DNA of 63,778 nt, filler included, from Acidimicrobiia bacterium (GTDB lineage Bacteria > Actinomycetota > Acidimicrobiia > Spongiisociales > CAZKJJ01), in the NCBI GenBank assembly GCA_046759765.1. It is 4 parts of 4 records of this genome, joined end to end, with 100 filler letters (N's around TTAATTAATTAA, not from the genome) between each part and the next. Parts side by side here need not be neighbours in the genome. Positions count along the whole stretch, not along the records: positions 1 to 17,227 come from JBHICV010000042.1; 3 more parts are not named here. The stretch is one strand, 5' to 3'. The notes beneath the pieces were generated by a model. That model saw only the letters and a list, made by a program, of their open reading frames with translations, was not told where the DNA came from and did no database searches. The position numbers and the translations under genes are program-made. Shown piece by piece: positions 1 to 9,565 of the stretch (its first letter is position 1; the number at the start of each line of letters is the position of its first letter).

Positions 1-40
1 TCGACGCTCCAGCCGCCAAGACAAGCGCCCCGGTCGACAT
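1..40 (-). CDS. nucleotidyltransferase family protein (MocA/MobA-like), 5' fragment
   Basis: ATG at 40 next to GGGAGG; translates MSTGALVLAAGAS, the LAAGxS glycine-rich loop of NTP_transf_3 proteins; runs off the window edge. Confidence 0.6.
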   Translation of the reverse strand, partial: MSTGALVLAAGAS

Positions 41-84
41 CCTCCCGCCTTAGTGGTGCCGGTGTCCGAGCGCAGGACCAAGCA

Positions 85-552
85 TCAGGCGGATTCCAAG
101 CGATCGGCGGCCGCCTCTACGAGCTGTCCCTGCAGCCAGCTGAGGTAGTCATAGAAGCCCGCCAGCGACGTGTCCGGATCGGGGATTTCCTCGTCGCCGA
201 TCTCGATTCCCAGTCGGACCGCAAGCACGAGCCGTGCCTCACCCAGGACTCTGAGCCAGGCATCGGTCTCACTACGGCTCAGAACCGCGCCGCTGGTGGC
301 GCGGCCAAGCGATTCGAGGAATGCTATTTGGTCCTCCCGTCGGGCCGCGTCCGCGTCTCCTGCCACCAGGCGACGAAACTCGCGATCGGCCGCCGGATCG
401 GCCGGATAGGCAGCAGGGTGGATGCGGGCAAAGGCCGGGTCTTCCGGATCGAGCTCGCGGAGCAATTGAGGGATTACTTCGAGCAGCTCCGCCTCGTCTG
501 CCGGGACGTCGGCCAGAATGCCATCCGAGTCGGCTCGGAAACGAGGTTTCAT
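85..552 (-). CDS. DUF2017 family protein
   Basis: MKPRFRAD start overlaps clpS stop (ATGA); [29 protein letters not shown] and YDYLSWLQ match the actinobacterial clpS-downstream family. Confidence 0.8.
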   Translation of the reverse strand: MKPRFRADSDGILADVPADEAELLEVIPQLLRELDPEDPAFARIHPAAYPADPAADREFRRLVAGDADAARREDQIAFLESLGRATSGAVLSRSETDAWLRVLGEARLVLAVRLGIEIGDEEIPDPDTSLAGFYDYLSWLQGQLVEAAADRLESA

Positions 553-827
553 CCGCGCTCCAGGGTTGCGTGGAGGCCGTGACGGTGGAGGCGATAGCAG
601 TCCAGCTCCGCTCTCTCCAAAGGCCCCGTCGTGACGACAGCCCTCCCCTCGTTGTGGATTAGCAGCATCAGGCGAGTGGCCTCCTCCTCGGGATAACCGA
701 ACAGCTTCCGGAACACGTACACGACGTAAGTCATGAGGTTGACCGGGTCGTTCCACACGACTACCCCCCAGGGCCGGTCGAGGTCGGTATGTACGTCGTC
801 AGTGGGAACGACCGTCGGCTGGGTCAT
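549..827 (-). CDS. clpS: ATP-dependent Clp protease adaptor ClpS
   Basis: [26 protein letters not shown]...[13 protein letters not shown], the actinobacterial ClpS signature; ATG at 827 overlaps upstream stop. Confidence 0.95.
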   Translation of the reverse strand: MTQPTVVPTDDVHTDLDRPWGVVVWNDPVNLMTYVVYVFRKLFGYPEEEATRLMLLIHNEGRAVVTTGPLERAELDCYRLHRHGLHATLERG

Positions 828-1033
828 GAGCCGCCCCCCGCTGCTCGACGCCGATTGAGCCACTCCTCCAGATCGACCTTTGCTACCCGCCACTCGCGCC
901 CAAATTTCACGCCGGGCAGCTCACCGGAGCGCAGCATCGAAGTGACGACATAGGACGAGACCCCCATGTAGTCGCAGATATCGGAAACCGACAGCCACTC
1001 ACTCTCGACGCTCACGTGAATCGGCTCCACCAC
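824..1033 (-). CDS. excisionase/MerR-like helix-turn-helix (HTH_17) DNA-binding protein
   Basis: 69 aa, [14 protein letters not shown]...[17 protein letters not shown]. Confidence 0.85.
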   Translation of the reverse strand: MVEPIHVSVESEWLSVSDICDYMGVSSYVVTSMLRSGELPGVKFGREWRVAKVDLEEWLNRRRAAGGGS

Positions 1034-1147
1034 AGCTTCAGGCTATGAGGACCCACGCGTAGCGGCAACCCGACTCGCGAAAGAAAACGGGCTTTACTCA
1101 TTGCGCTTCGGTGAACGACGGTTTACGTTGCACAAGAGTTTCTATCG

Positions 1148-1459
1148 ATGATCAACAGTGCTGACGATCCTCTTGATCACCCCGACCTCACGCAGCTGGC
1201 CCGGCGCATGCGGGAACAGCTCGAGGAGGTCCTCGCCGCAGAGCAGGCTGCTGCGGCTGCGATGGCGCGACGCCAGCTGACGCTCCGAGATCGTCTTTGT
1301 GACCTCGAGGATCTGGCCGCCGAAGTGACTGTCCGCTGGGCCTCGGGGCGAACGGTACGCGGAGTCGTCAGCTCGGTGGGACTCGACTACTTCGAGATTC
1401 GTGGGCAGGGGGAAAGAGTCCTGGTCCCGTTTCATCTCACGGCCTGGATCGAGACCTGA
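1148..1459 (+). CDS. hypothetical protein
   Basis: 103-aa ORF divergent from the HTH gene; helical N-terminus and Sm-like beta C-terminus (VRGVVSSVGLDYFEI). Confidence 0.7.
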   Translation: MINSADDPLDHPDLTQLARRMREQLEEVLAAEQAAAAAMARRQLTLRDRLCDLEDLAAEVTVRWASGRTVRGVVSSVGLDYFEIRGQGERVLVPFHLTAWIET

Positions 1460-1469
1460 AATCCCCAAC

Positions 1470-2474
1470 TTACGACGCCGGAAACGGGAGCTGCCACCAG
1501 GCAGGTCGAGTGTCGTGTGTGATCTCTGTCACCCACTTGACCCACCAGAAGCCGCGGCGGTTGGGAACAACCAATCGCGCCGGAGCTCCGTGCCCGACGG
1601 ACAATGGCCGGCCACCGACCGAGTGGGCCAGCCAGACCTGCCGGGCGTGCTCGGTCGGAATCCTGCGCTCGTATCCCGTGAAAGAGACGACTCGGAGGCT
1701 CCCGCCCTTGAGCGGGCCGAGCAGCTGGTCCAGACGCACGCCGGTCCATTCCTGGGTCGCGTACCAGCCTCCCGTGCAGTCGATGGTCGCCTCGACCTGA
1801 TCGTTGTATTCGGTGAGTTGCGCGTAGTTAAGGCTACGGGGCTCCCCGGCTCTGATGCTGAGCTGCCAGGCGGAAGTGTCGATTCTGGGCACCGAGTCGT
1901 TGAACCACTGAGTAACAGGCATTCGTGGCGGATCGAACGAGCCGGTCTCGTGCGAGCCGGTGAACCGGCGGTCTGAGCCTCGCCAGCCTGCGGCGCGAGC
2001 CGTGCCTTCGATTCCGAGCCAGACAACGCCGGCCACCGCGGCCAAGGAGCCGGTACGAAGCAGATTGCGGCGGCTGAGATCGGTCAGCCGTGGACGAACC
2101 GGCCGCTTCCGCATGTGCAACAAAACGAGGAGAGTGGTAGCCACTCCGGCTCCTACATGGAGCTGGATCGCGGTGAGCGATCCGTAGCGGAGAACGAGTC
2201 CGGTCGAGAACAGCACGCCGGTGGCCACTGTGAGCACCGCCGCGACAGCCAACAGAATCGAAAGCAACCGCCCCGGCCGCATCCTTCCCAGCCCTCTGGC
2301 CGCGATCACACTCTTCCAGGGCGCCAGCACCAGCAAGGAGAGACCGGCGATTCCATGGGCGATGACGACGGCTCGCCCGGAGGAGGTGCCAAGCGCGTAG
2401 GAGGCGAGGCCCGTTCCCAGAGCCAGGAGAACTATGCCGGCAAGGGCCAGGTTGGTGCGCCGACCCGCCATCAC
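1470..2474 (-). CDS. membrane-anchored molybdopterin-dependent oxidoreductase (sulfite oxidase family)
   Basis: 4 N-terminal TM segments; ATIDCTGGWY (Mo-Cys), WTGVRL, LSVGHGAPARLVVPNRRGFWWVKWV. Confidence 0.9.
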   Translation of the reverse strand: MMAGRRTNLALAGIVLLALGTGLASYALGTSSGRAVVIAHGIAGLSLLVLAPWKSVIAARGLGRMRPGRLLSILLAVAAVLTVATGVLFSTGLVLRYGSLTAIQLHVGAGVATTLLVLLHMRKRPVRPRLTDLSRRNLLRTGSLAAVAGVVWLGIEGTARAAGWRGSDRRFTGSHETGSFDPPRMPVTQWFNDSVPRIDTSAWQLSIRAGEPRSLNYAQLTEYNDQVEATIDCTGGWYATQEWTGVRLDQLLGPLKGGSLRVVSFTGYERRIPTEHARQVWLAHSVGGRPLSVGHGAPARLVVPNRRGFWWVKWVTEITHDTRPAWWQLPFPAS

Positions 2475-2537
2475 CCGAGTCTACGGCTGGCCTTGCCGTG
2501 TAGTTCGGGGTTCTGCAACGAGCGATGAGTAGCCGCT

Positions 2538-2626
2538 GCGTGTGGAGGAATCGGATACGAGTTTCGCGGTCCGATCCGGGTGCCCGAGCCAGGACCGCAT
2601 GGCCGGGCGAGAGCTCCTCCAGACGC
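2538..2626. other. predicted multi-stem structured intergenic element
   Basis: GCGTGTGGAGGA/TCCTCCAGACGC outer stem enclosing ATCGGA/TCCGAT and GCCCG-GCCA/TGGC-CGGGC hairpins. Confidence 0.5.
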
Positions 2627-2633
2627 GCTGCTG

Positions 2634-4082
2634 TCAATTAGCCGCCGACTCGAGGAACCAGGTGTTGAGTGTGCCCTTCCCTTTGACTTCGATCTCGCCC
2701 CGCGGCTCCAGGACGTAATCGTCCTTCAGGTGCTTCCACACACTCTCCGTCACCTGTATCCGTCCCGGCTCGCCATGAGACTCCATCCGGGCCGCGACGT
2801 TGACGGCATCTCCCCACAGGTCGTACTGAAACTTCGTGGTCCCGATTATGGCTCCGACCGCAGGCCCACAGTTGATGCCGATCCTCAACTGGAGGGCCAG
2901 TCCGTCCTTCTCAGTTCTCTCCGCCATCCAGCTGCGCATGTCCAGTGCCATCTCGGCGATGGCCGTGTAGTGATTCGGTAGACGCACGGGCGCGCCTGCC
3001 GCGACCATGTATCCGTCGCCCAGCGTCTTGATCTTCTCGATTCCGTACTGCTCGGCGAGACGATCGAACGCCGTGAAGATCTCGTTGAGCAGATCCACCG
3101 CCACCTCCGGGCTCAGGCGTGCGGACAGTGGAGTGAAACCAACGAGATCGGCGAACAGGACAGATACCTCGTCGAACTCCTCCGCGATGGTCTGGCCCGG
3201 ACGCTCCTTGAGCTGGGCGGCGACAGCAGCAGGCAACACATTGAGTAGGAGCCGCTCGGCCCGGTCGTGTTCCTGGCGAAGCCGAACCTCGATCCGCCGG
3301 CGCTCGGTTATGTCAACGAAGGTGAGGACAGAGCCAGTCAGCTCACTGTCGCGCTTGATCGGATACGACCAGTACTCGGTAGGGAAACTCGACCCGTCCT
3401 GCCGCCACATCACCTCGTCGTCGACGTGAACCCCTTCGCCCTCCCGGAACGCCTGAAATATCCGACACTCCGCCATCGGATAAGGATCCCCGTTGGGCCG
3501 AGTGTGATGCACCAGCTCGTGCATATTTCGGCCCAAGAGGTCGGCGTCGCTGTCATACCCGAGCAACTCCACCGCAGCCGGGTTGGCAAAAGTGCAATTG
3601 CCCTGCAGGTCGACCCCGTAAATCCCCTCACCAGTCGAGTTCAACAGCAGCCGCACGCGCTCCTCGCTTTCGCGCAGCTTTCGCTCTGCCCGCCGGCGCT
3701 CGGTTATGTCAACGAAGGTGAGGACAGAGCCAGTCAGCTCACTGTCGCGCTTGATCGGATACGACCAGTACTCGGTAGGGAAACTCGACCCGTCCTGCCG
3801 CCACATCACCTCGTCGTCGACGTGAACCCCTTCGCCCTCCCGGAACGCCTGAAATATCCGACACTCCGCCATCGGATAAGGATCCCCGTTGGGCCGAGTG
3901 TGATGCACCAGCTCGTGCATATTTCGGCCCAAGAGGTCGGCGTCGCTGTCATACCCGAGCAACTCCACCGCAGCCGGGTTGGCAAAAGTGCAATTGCCCT
4001 GCAGGTCGACCCCGTAAATCCCCTCACCAGTCGAGTTCAACAGCAGCCGTGCTAGCCCATCGCCGCCTCGGTCTTCCTGCAT
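2634..4082 (-). CDS. PAS-PAS class III adenylate cyclase
   Basis: two PAS domains; LFADLVGFT, EKIKTLGDGYM and YDLWGDAVNVAARMES (Lys/Asp specificity residues indicate ATP). Confidence 0.95.
   Translation of the reverse strand: MQEDRGGDGLARLLLNSTGEGIYGVDLQGNCTFANPAAVELLGYDSDADLLGRNMHELVHHTRPNGDPYPMAECRIFQAFREGEGVHVDDEVMWRQDGSSFPTEYWSYPIKRDSELTGSVLTFVDITERRRAERKLRESEERVRLLLNSTGEGIYGVDLQGNCTFANPAAVELLGYDSDADLLGRNMHELVHHTRPNGDPYPMAECRIFQAFREGEGVHVDDEVMWRQDGSSFPTEYWSYPIKRDSELTGSVLTFVDITERRRIEVRLRQEHDRAERLLLNVLPAAVAAQLKERPGQTIAEEFDEVSVLFADLVGFTPLSARLSPEVAVDLLNEIFTAFDRLAEQYGIEKIKTLGDGYMVAAGAPVRLPNHYTAIAEMALDMRSWMAERTEKDGLALQLRIGINCGPAVGAIIGTTKFQYDLWGDAVNVAARMESHGEPGRIQVTESVWKHLKDDYVLEPRGEIEVKGKGTLNTWFLESAAN
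3294..4049. repeat. exact 360-nt direct repeat (3294-3653 and 3690-4049) encoding the two PAS domains
   Basis: copies identical by inspection, offset 396 nt, with a unique 36-nt linker; alternative-frame ORFs 3410-3631 and 3806-4027 translate identically. Confidence 0.95.
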
Positions 4083-4147
4083 TCGGACAGCGTACTCAGT
4101 CGGTCTCGTAGGGCCGCCACGTAGTCTGAGCAGCGAGGCGAGCCGAC

Positions 4148-4276
4148 ATGCACGTCGAGGTGAACGGTACCCGACTCGAGGTGATTGAGGGAGCCGGCCA
4201 TTTTCCCTGGATGGACGTACCGGACCGCTATTGGCCGGTTATCGCAGATTTCGCAACTAGCACTTCCCGGCCGTAG
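4148..4276 (+). pseudogene. internally deleted alpha/beta-hydrolase remnant (42 aa)
   Basis: MHVEVNGTRL (typical hydrolase N-terminus) fused directly to EVIEGAGHFPWMDVPDRYWPVIADF (catalytic-His C-terminus). Confidence 0.7.
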
Positions 4277-4288
4277 CGCGCAACCCGA

Positions 4289-4573
4289 TCACGAAGCCCG
4301 AGCCAGCAGGATCGACTTATGCCGCTCTCGCCGCACTCCGAACACAATGGGCTCCATCAGGCTTTCGCCGTGCAGAGCTGCATACTCGACCAGAGGTGAG
4401 AAGAGTCTGTGGCGCTGCTCCGCGCTGAACAGGTCATTGGGGGTAAAGGCCTGATCCCTGAGGTCGAGCTGGACCGCGTTGCACGTTCCACACACCGACC
4501 TGAAGATCCCGCCCCCGACGGCTGTGGGCCCGCCATAGGCGTGACCCTCTTTGCACTCCGCCCGCTTTCTCAT
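4289..4573 (-). CDS. small putative zinc-finger protein (C-x3-H-x16-C-x2-C)
   Basis: GGGAGG RBS before ATG; paralogous to 32524-32712. Confidence 0.75.
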   Translation of the reverse strand: MRKRAECKEGHAYGGPTAVGGGIFRSVCGTCNAVQLDLRDQAFTPNDLFSAEQRHRLFSPLVEYAALHGESLMEPIVFGVRRERHKSILLARAS

Positions 4574-4681
4574 TTGGTGCCTCCCGCGCTCGGGGCACCC
4601 GACCGGTGTCGAAGGTACCGCAATCAGGCGGCCGCCTGAAGAGGCAAAAGGGAGACACCCCGGCTGACTAGTTCGATCGAC

Positions 4682-6814
4682 CTAGTCGAGAACTTGCTCG
4701 GCGAGGATCATGGATATGTCCCGCACCGAAACCTTTTCGTTCTTGCCCAGCTCCGCGACCCCATCATCGATCATGACGTAGCAGAAGGGGCAGGCCACGG
4801 CGACCTCGTCGGCACCGGTGGCGATCGCCTCCTCGGCTCGTTCGATCTGTACTTTCTTGCCGGTTCGCTCTTCCATCCACATACGAGCGCCGCCTGCTCC
4901 GCAGCAGAAGCCCTTGGTGCCGCTTCGCTCCATCTCGACGACCTCGACGCCGCCGATGGAGGCGACGACCTCCCGCGGCGCGAGATAGATGTCGTTGTGA
5001 CGGCCGAGGTAGCAGGAGTCGTGATACGTGATCGTGCGGGACTCGTCGGGCTGGGGCTGGAGTCTTCCCTGGCCGAGGAGGTCCATGAGCACCTGGCTGT
5101 GGTGTAGTACCTCGTAGGAGCCTCCGAACTGGGGATAATCATTGGCAAGCGTCGTGAAGCAGTGGGGACACTGGGTGATCACCTTCTCGACCCCCACGTC
5201 GTCGAGGGTCTGGATGTTCTGGAGCGCCAGCTGTTGGAACACGTACTCGTTGCCCGAGCGGCGAGCCGGATCGCCCGTGCAGAGCTCCTGTGGACCGAGG
5301 ATGGCGAAGTCGACGCCGGCTTCGTGCAGCAACCGAGCAGTGGCGACTGTCACCTTGACGTTCCGATCGTCGAAGGACCCCGCACAGCCCACCCAATAGA
5401 GGTACTCGGCGCTATCGACACCTGGAGCACCAAGAATCTTCACGTCGAAATCCAACTGCTCGATCCAGGCGGCTCGGGTCTGTTGGTCCAGGCCATAGAC
5501 ATTCGCTTGGTTCTCGAGAGCCAGGTAGGTCTTGCCGAGCTCAGCGGGGAAGTCCGCCTCCATTAGCACCAGATAGCGGCGCATGTCGAGGATCTTGTCG
5601 AGTATCTCGATGCCGACTGGACACACCTCGTCGCAAGCTCGGCAAGAGGTGCATGCCCAGAGCTCCTCAGGAGTGATCCTCTGGAACACGTTGTCGGCCG
5701 TAACGGTGATGGCGTCGTCGACGCTGACGGGAGGGGAGACGACCGGTGTGCCGGTGGCGGCGGCGACTTCTCCCAGCTTGAGGACGATCTCACGTGGATC
5801 TAACGCCTTGCCCGTCTGGTTGGCAGGGCATACGGAAGTGCACCTTCCACAAACCGTGCAGGCGTCCGTGTCGAGGAGCTGCTTCCAAGTGAAATCTGCG
5901 ACCGCCGTGGCTCCGATGGTGTCGAGCTCGACTGCTTCGAGGAGGTTGGGTACGGGTTTCATTGCCCCGGTCGGGCGGTCCCTGGGCTCGAGGAAGAGGC
6001 TCACCGGGGAGGTGAACATGTGGCGGAGCTTGGTGACCGGTATCACAACTAGCAGGGCCATAAAGGCCGCGGTATGGAGGATCCATAGCCACTGATGCCA
6101 GCCGGCGGGAACGATGGCCGATAGTCCGTAGCCGACGAAGGACCACACCTCGAAGTCAGGTCGTCCGTCCACGGCGATCCGAGCCGCCTCGGTGAGGAGG
6201 CCAGTCAGCCCAATTAGAGCCAGCAATCCCAGAATCCAGGCATCTTCGGGTTTGGTCTTGGAGCGGAGCCTTAGCGGCCGCTGGCCGTAGCGACGCAAGG
6301 CGGCGCCCGCGAGTCCCGCCAGGAAGACGACGCCGGCGCCGTCGAGGACGAACGAATAGCCCTGATAGACAGCACCCTTCAAAAACTTGAAGTCGGCCGG
6401 TAGCAGGTGGTCGATCTCGAGAGTGACTGTTCCCAGGAACAGGACCACGAACCCGTAGTAGATCGCGGCATGGACCATTCCCGCAGCCCGATCCCGGGCG
6501 ACGGTCTTGTTGGAAAGCCCCTCTAGGAGGCGGCGGATTCGCTCTGCCCACGAACCCGCACGCCGGTCCGGGCCACCTCGCTCCCAGTTCCGGGCGCGCA
6601 GAGAGAAGAAGTAGAACATCAGGAATGTGAAGGAGGCAGCAGCTATGTAGAAGACGGCCACCACCGCACCCGGGATGTTGCCGAAGACCACCCGGCCGAC
6701 ATCGTGAACGGGGTGCCCCGGAAGCGTTCCCAGCCACCAGAGGAACAGAATTCCGACGCCGGAAAGTGCACCGAGAGCCAGCAAGATGCCACTGGCGGTC
6801 AGTCGTCGGCGCAT
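4682..6814 (-). CDS. membrane-bound Fe-S oxidoreductase (FadF/HdrD-like: NarI-type membrane domain, 2x4Fe-4S, 2xCCG)
   Basis: [59 protein letters not shown]. Confidence 0.92.
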   Translation of the reverse strand: MRRRLTASGILLALGALSGVGILFLWWLGTLPGHPVHDVGRVVFGNIPGAVVAVFYIAAASFTFLMFYFFSLRARNWERGGPDRRAGSWAERIRRLLEGLSNKTVARDRAAGMVHAAIYYGFVVLFLGTVTLEIDHLLPADFKFLKGAVYQGYSFVLDGAGVVFLAGLAGAALRRYGQRPLRLRSKTKPEDAWILGLLALIGLTGLLTEAARIAVDGRPDFEVWSFVGYGLSAIVPAGWHQWLWILHTAAFMALLVVIPVTKLRHMFTSPVSLFLEPRDRPTGAMKPVPNLLEAVELDTIGATAVADFTWKQLLDTDACTVCGRCTSVCPANQTGKALDPREIVLKLGEVAAATGTPVVSPPVSVDDAITVTADNVFQRITPEELWACTSCRACDEVCPVGIEILDKILDMRRYLVLMEADFPAELGKTYLALENQANVYGLDQQTRAAWIEQLDFDVKILGAPGVDSAEYLYWVGCAGSFDDRNVKVTVATARLLHEAGVDFAILGPQELCTGDPARRSGNEYVFQQLALQNIQTLDDVGVEKVITQCPHCFTTLANDYPQFGGSYEVLHHSQVLMDLLGQGRLQPQPDESRTITYHDSCYLGRHNDIYLAPREVVASIGGVEVVEMERSGTKGFCCGAGGARMWMEERTGKKVQIERAEEAIATGADEVAVACPFCYVMIDDGVAELGKNEKVSVRDISMILAEQVLD

Positions 6815-6873
6815 GAGCCTTCTCGGTGGGAGGCGAGGGTCGATTGTAGGAGCGCTGGGGCTCGGTCCCTTTC

Positions 6874-6983
6874 GTTCTTGTGACGCTTATCCACCTATGA
6901 GGTGAGTTTCCGTCACTAAAACGGGAGGAGCCAGTTCCTGTGACGCCAATCCACCCATATGGTGAGTTAGCGTCACCAAAACG
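6874..6983. repeat. two tandem ~50-nt imperfect palindromes (REP-like), period 60 nt
   Basis: GTTCTTGTGACGCTTATCCACCTATGAGGTGAGTTTCCGTCACTAAAACG and GTTCCTGTGACGCCAATCCACCCATATGGTGAGTTAGCGTCACCAAAACG. Confidence 0.8.
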
Positions 6984-6995
6984 AGGGCTAAGACG

Positions 6996-7709
6996 TCACT
7001 GCAGGCCCAGCTCGGCTTTCAACTCCTCCAGCTTGGCGTCTGCCTGGGCCATCGAGACGGCTTCGCGTAGCTCGGCAACTGCGCCTTCGGGGGTGGCTTC
7101 GCGCAGCTCGGCGTGGGCCTGAGCTTCGGCGAGACGCCGGTCGATCTTGTCCTCCACCGAGGCAAGGGTCGGGCTCTCAAGATCGTTGGTCACCGAGATA
7201 GCGTCCACTGCCTTGTTGACCTCTTCCTGCATCCTGGCCTGCTGCAGGCTCCCGAGCAGCTCCATCCGCTTGGCGGCCAACTCTTGCAGCCTCATCGCGT
7301 TCTGCTGGACGGCCCGCTTCGCTTCCTCGGCTTGGCCGACGGCTATCTCATACTGCTCCTTCAGGCCCGTGAGGTTGTTCTCGGCTGCCTGCAGCTTCAT
7401 CGCCATCGCCTGGGCAGTGGAAGTCCACTTCTCGGCACCGGCTAGGTCACCTTCTTGCCGGCCCTTGTCGGCGCGGAGCAAAGCCTGCTTGGCCATCTCC
7501 CGTGCCTCTCCAACCTGGTCGGCGGCGTCCTCGATCTTGCTCTCGAGTTGCGTACGGTGAGCGACCACCTTCGCGGCTTGGTTTCGGAGCTGGGAGTCCT
7601 GCTCCTTGGCCTGACGGATGGCCATCTCGATCTCGACCTCGGGATCCATCGCTCGATCGGAGGCTCCGCGGAACAACTGTTTGATGTATTCCCACCAGCG
7701 CTTGAGCAT
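6996..7709 (-). CDS. pspA: PspA/IM30 family protein
   Basis: N-terminal amphipathic helix, DPEVEIEMAI, long coiled coil, LEELKAELG C-terminus. Confidence 0.9.
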   Translation of the reverse strand: MLKRWWEYIKQLFRGASDRAMDPEVEIEMAIRQAKEQDSQLRNQAAKVVAHRTQLESKIEDAADQVGEAREMAKQALLRADKGRQEGDLAGAEKWTSTAQAMAMKLQAAENNLTGLKEQYEIAVGQAEEAKRAVQQNAMRLQELAAKRMELLGSLQQARMQEEVNKAVDAISVTNDLESPTLASVEDKIDRRLAEAQAHAELREATPEGAVAELREAVSMAQADAKLEELKAELGLQ

Positions 7710-7768
7710 TTATCCCCTCTCGTTTGGCACATGTTACGAGCCTGGCCGGCTCGACGACGAGGCAAGAA

Positions 7769-8680
7769 TCAGCTGCCGATCACCGCCCGCGAGAAGAAGA
7801 GAAGGTTGGCCGGCCGTTCGGCCAGGCGACGGGTCAAGTAGGCGTACCACTCGGATCCATAGGGGATATAGACCCGGAGCGGATAGCCGGCTGCGACCAG
7901 CTCCCGTTGGCGGTCGGTCCGGACCCCGTAGAGCATCTGGAACTCATACGGCTCGCTACGTCGGCCGGCGTGCTCCATCGTCAGAGTGATCAGCTCCTCG
8001 TCGTGAGTGGCAATGGCCGGCTTCGTACCGCCGGTTGCCATCAGCGTTTCGAGCAAGTCGCGAAAGCTCGACGACACGGCACCCCTGCTCTGATAGGCAA
8101 TGTCCGGAGACTCCAGGTATGCCCCTTTGCAGAGGCGGATGTGGCCGCCGAGGGACAACAGGCCGCGAAGGTCGTCCTCCGTTCGGTGCAGGTAGGCCTG
8201 GATTGCTACCCCCAAGTTGCCGTGCTGTTCTTGGCTGTCGCGGTAGATCGACAATGTGTCATGGGTGTGAACGCTGTCTTCCATGTCTATCGAGACGGTG
8301 GCACCGACCTCGGCAGCTCGCTCGGCTAAACGGTCGACGTGCTTGCGGCACAGCTCCTCGTCTATACCGAGGCCGAGCTGGGTGAGCTTCACCGAGATGT
8401 TGGCTTCCAGTCCCTCGGCTCCGATCCGATCGAGGCAGGCTAGATAGTCGGCTGCCGCTCGCTCGGCTGTCTCCGCGCTGTGAACGTGCTCGCCGAGGTG
8501 ATCCAACGACACCATGATCTCCTGAGAGTTGAGAGTCCTGGCCACCTCGATGGCATCGTCTAGCTGCTCGCCGGCCACAAACCGCTCCGCCAGCATCCTC
8601 CCCAGCCCCAATTCGGTGAACAATCGGCGGACGTAGGGGTGTTCGGTGACCGCCAAAACGGTACGCGAGAAAGCAGTCAC
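7769..8680 (-). CDS. monofunctional proline dehydrogenase
   Basis: RFVAGE, LDHLGE, ISVKLTQLG, IDMED, IQAYL, IRLCKGAY, IATHD, FQMLYG, YIPYG, YLTRRLAERPAN. Confidence 0.95.
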   Translation of the reverse strand: MTAFSRTVLAVTEHPYVRRLFTELGLGRMLAERFVAGEQLDDAIEVARTLNSQEIMVSLDHLGEHVHSAETAERAAADYLACLDRIGAEGLEANISVKLTQLGLGIDEELCRKHVDRLAERAAEVGATVSIDMEDSVHTHDTLSIYRDSQEQHGNLGVAIQAYLHRTEDDLRGLLSLGGHIRLCKGAYLESPDIAYQSRGAVSSSFRDLLETLMATGGTKPAIATHDEELITLTMEHAGRRSEPYEFQMLYGVRTDRQRELVAAGYPLRVYIPYGSEWYAYLTRRLAERPANLLFFSRAVIGS

Positions 8681-9504
8681 GGACTGTCCTCGGCGCTTGC
8701 TCGCTCACCGAGCTCCCGAGACCGAGCCGCAGCGGCTCTGACCGCATCTTCGATGAGAGCCCGGAAACCGCGCTCCTCCAGTATGTGCATGGCGGCTGCG
8801 GTGGTACCGCCGGGCGAAGTGACCTGCGTTCGGAGCTCGAAAGGAGTCAGGTCGGTCTCGATCAGGAGCGAGCCCGCTCCGCGCAGCGTGTGGTGTACCA
8901 GCGTCTCGGCGAGGTAGTGGGGTATGCCCTCCCGTAGGGCAGCTTCGGTGAGCGCCTCCGCGAGCAAGAACGCGTAGGCAGGACCCGTGCCGCTTACGGC
9001 CGTTACGGCGTCGAGCAAGCTCTCGTCCATCCGAACGACCTCACCGACGGCCGACAAGACCCCTTCGGCCAGAACGACAGCATCCTCATCTGTGTGGGCG
9101 CCGCCGGAGATCCCTGTTATGCCTGCTCCTACCAGCGCCGGAGTGTTGGGCATCGCCCTCACCACAGGTACAGCCCCGAGCACCTCTTCGATCATTCGAG
9201 TAGACACGCCGGCGGCCAGCGAGAGCACGAGCTGGGCTTCTCCGAGATGGCCCGCCAGGCGATCGATTACCCCGCGAACGTCGCGCGGTTTGACGGCCAA
9301 CACGATCACGTCAGATCCTTCGATGCCCTCAACTGGATCCTGCGTGCTGCGGCCGCCCAGCTTTTCGGCCAACTCCTCGGCCTGATCTGAACGCCTGACA
9401 ACCATAGAGATGCTGCTCGGCGCCCAGCCGCCTCTCGTTAGGCCGGCGAAGAGGGCCGTGCCCATCGCCCCCATGCCGATGATGCAGATCGACGGACGCT
9501 CCAC
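8677..9504 (-). CDS. proC: pyrroline-5-carboxylate reductase
   Basis: IIGMGAMG, LAVKP, RAMPNTP, AVTAVSGTGPAY, VTSPGGTT; start placed at GTG 9504 because the longer ORF overlaps the divergent gene. Confidence 0.95.
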   Translation of the reverse strand: MERPSICIIGMGAMGTALFAGLTRGGWAPSSISMVVRRSDQAEELAEKLGGRSTQDPVEGIEGSDVIVLAVKPRDVRGVIDRLAGHLGEAQLVLSLAAGVSTRMIEEVLGAVPVVRAMPNTPALVGAGITGISGGAHTDEDAVVLAEGVLSAVGEVVRMDESLLDAVTAVSGTGPAYAFLLAEALTEAALREGIPHYLAETLVHHTLRGAGSLLIETDLTPFELRTQVTSPGGTTAAAMHILEERGFRALIEDAVRAAAARSRELGERASAEDSP

Positions 9505-9565
9505 GTCGCCGAGTATATGAACGGCCTCCGGAAGATCCCCCAGCAAGGCCTCGTTGTAGTAGAGC

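Noticed and set aside
824..1033. Prophage/ICE excisionase
   Set aside because: No integrase or phage genes; coupled to housekeeping clpS
2538..2626. tRNA-Sec or Moco riboswitch
   Set aside because: No TCA anticodon arm or T-loop, and no recognisable Moco-motif core; kept only as an unassigned structured element
6874..6983. CRISPR array
   Set aside because: Only two ~50-nt imperfect units with a 10-nt gap, and no cas genes
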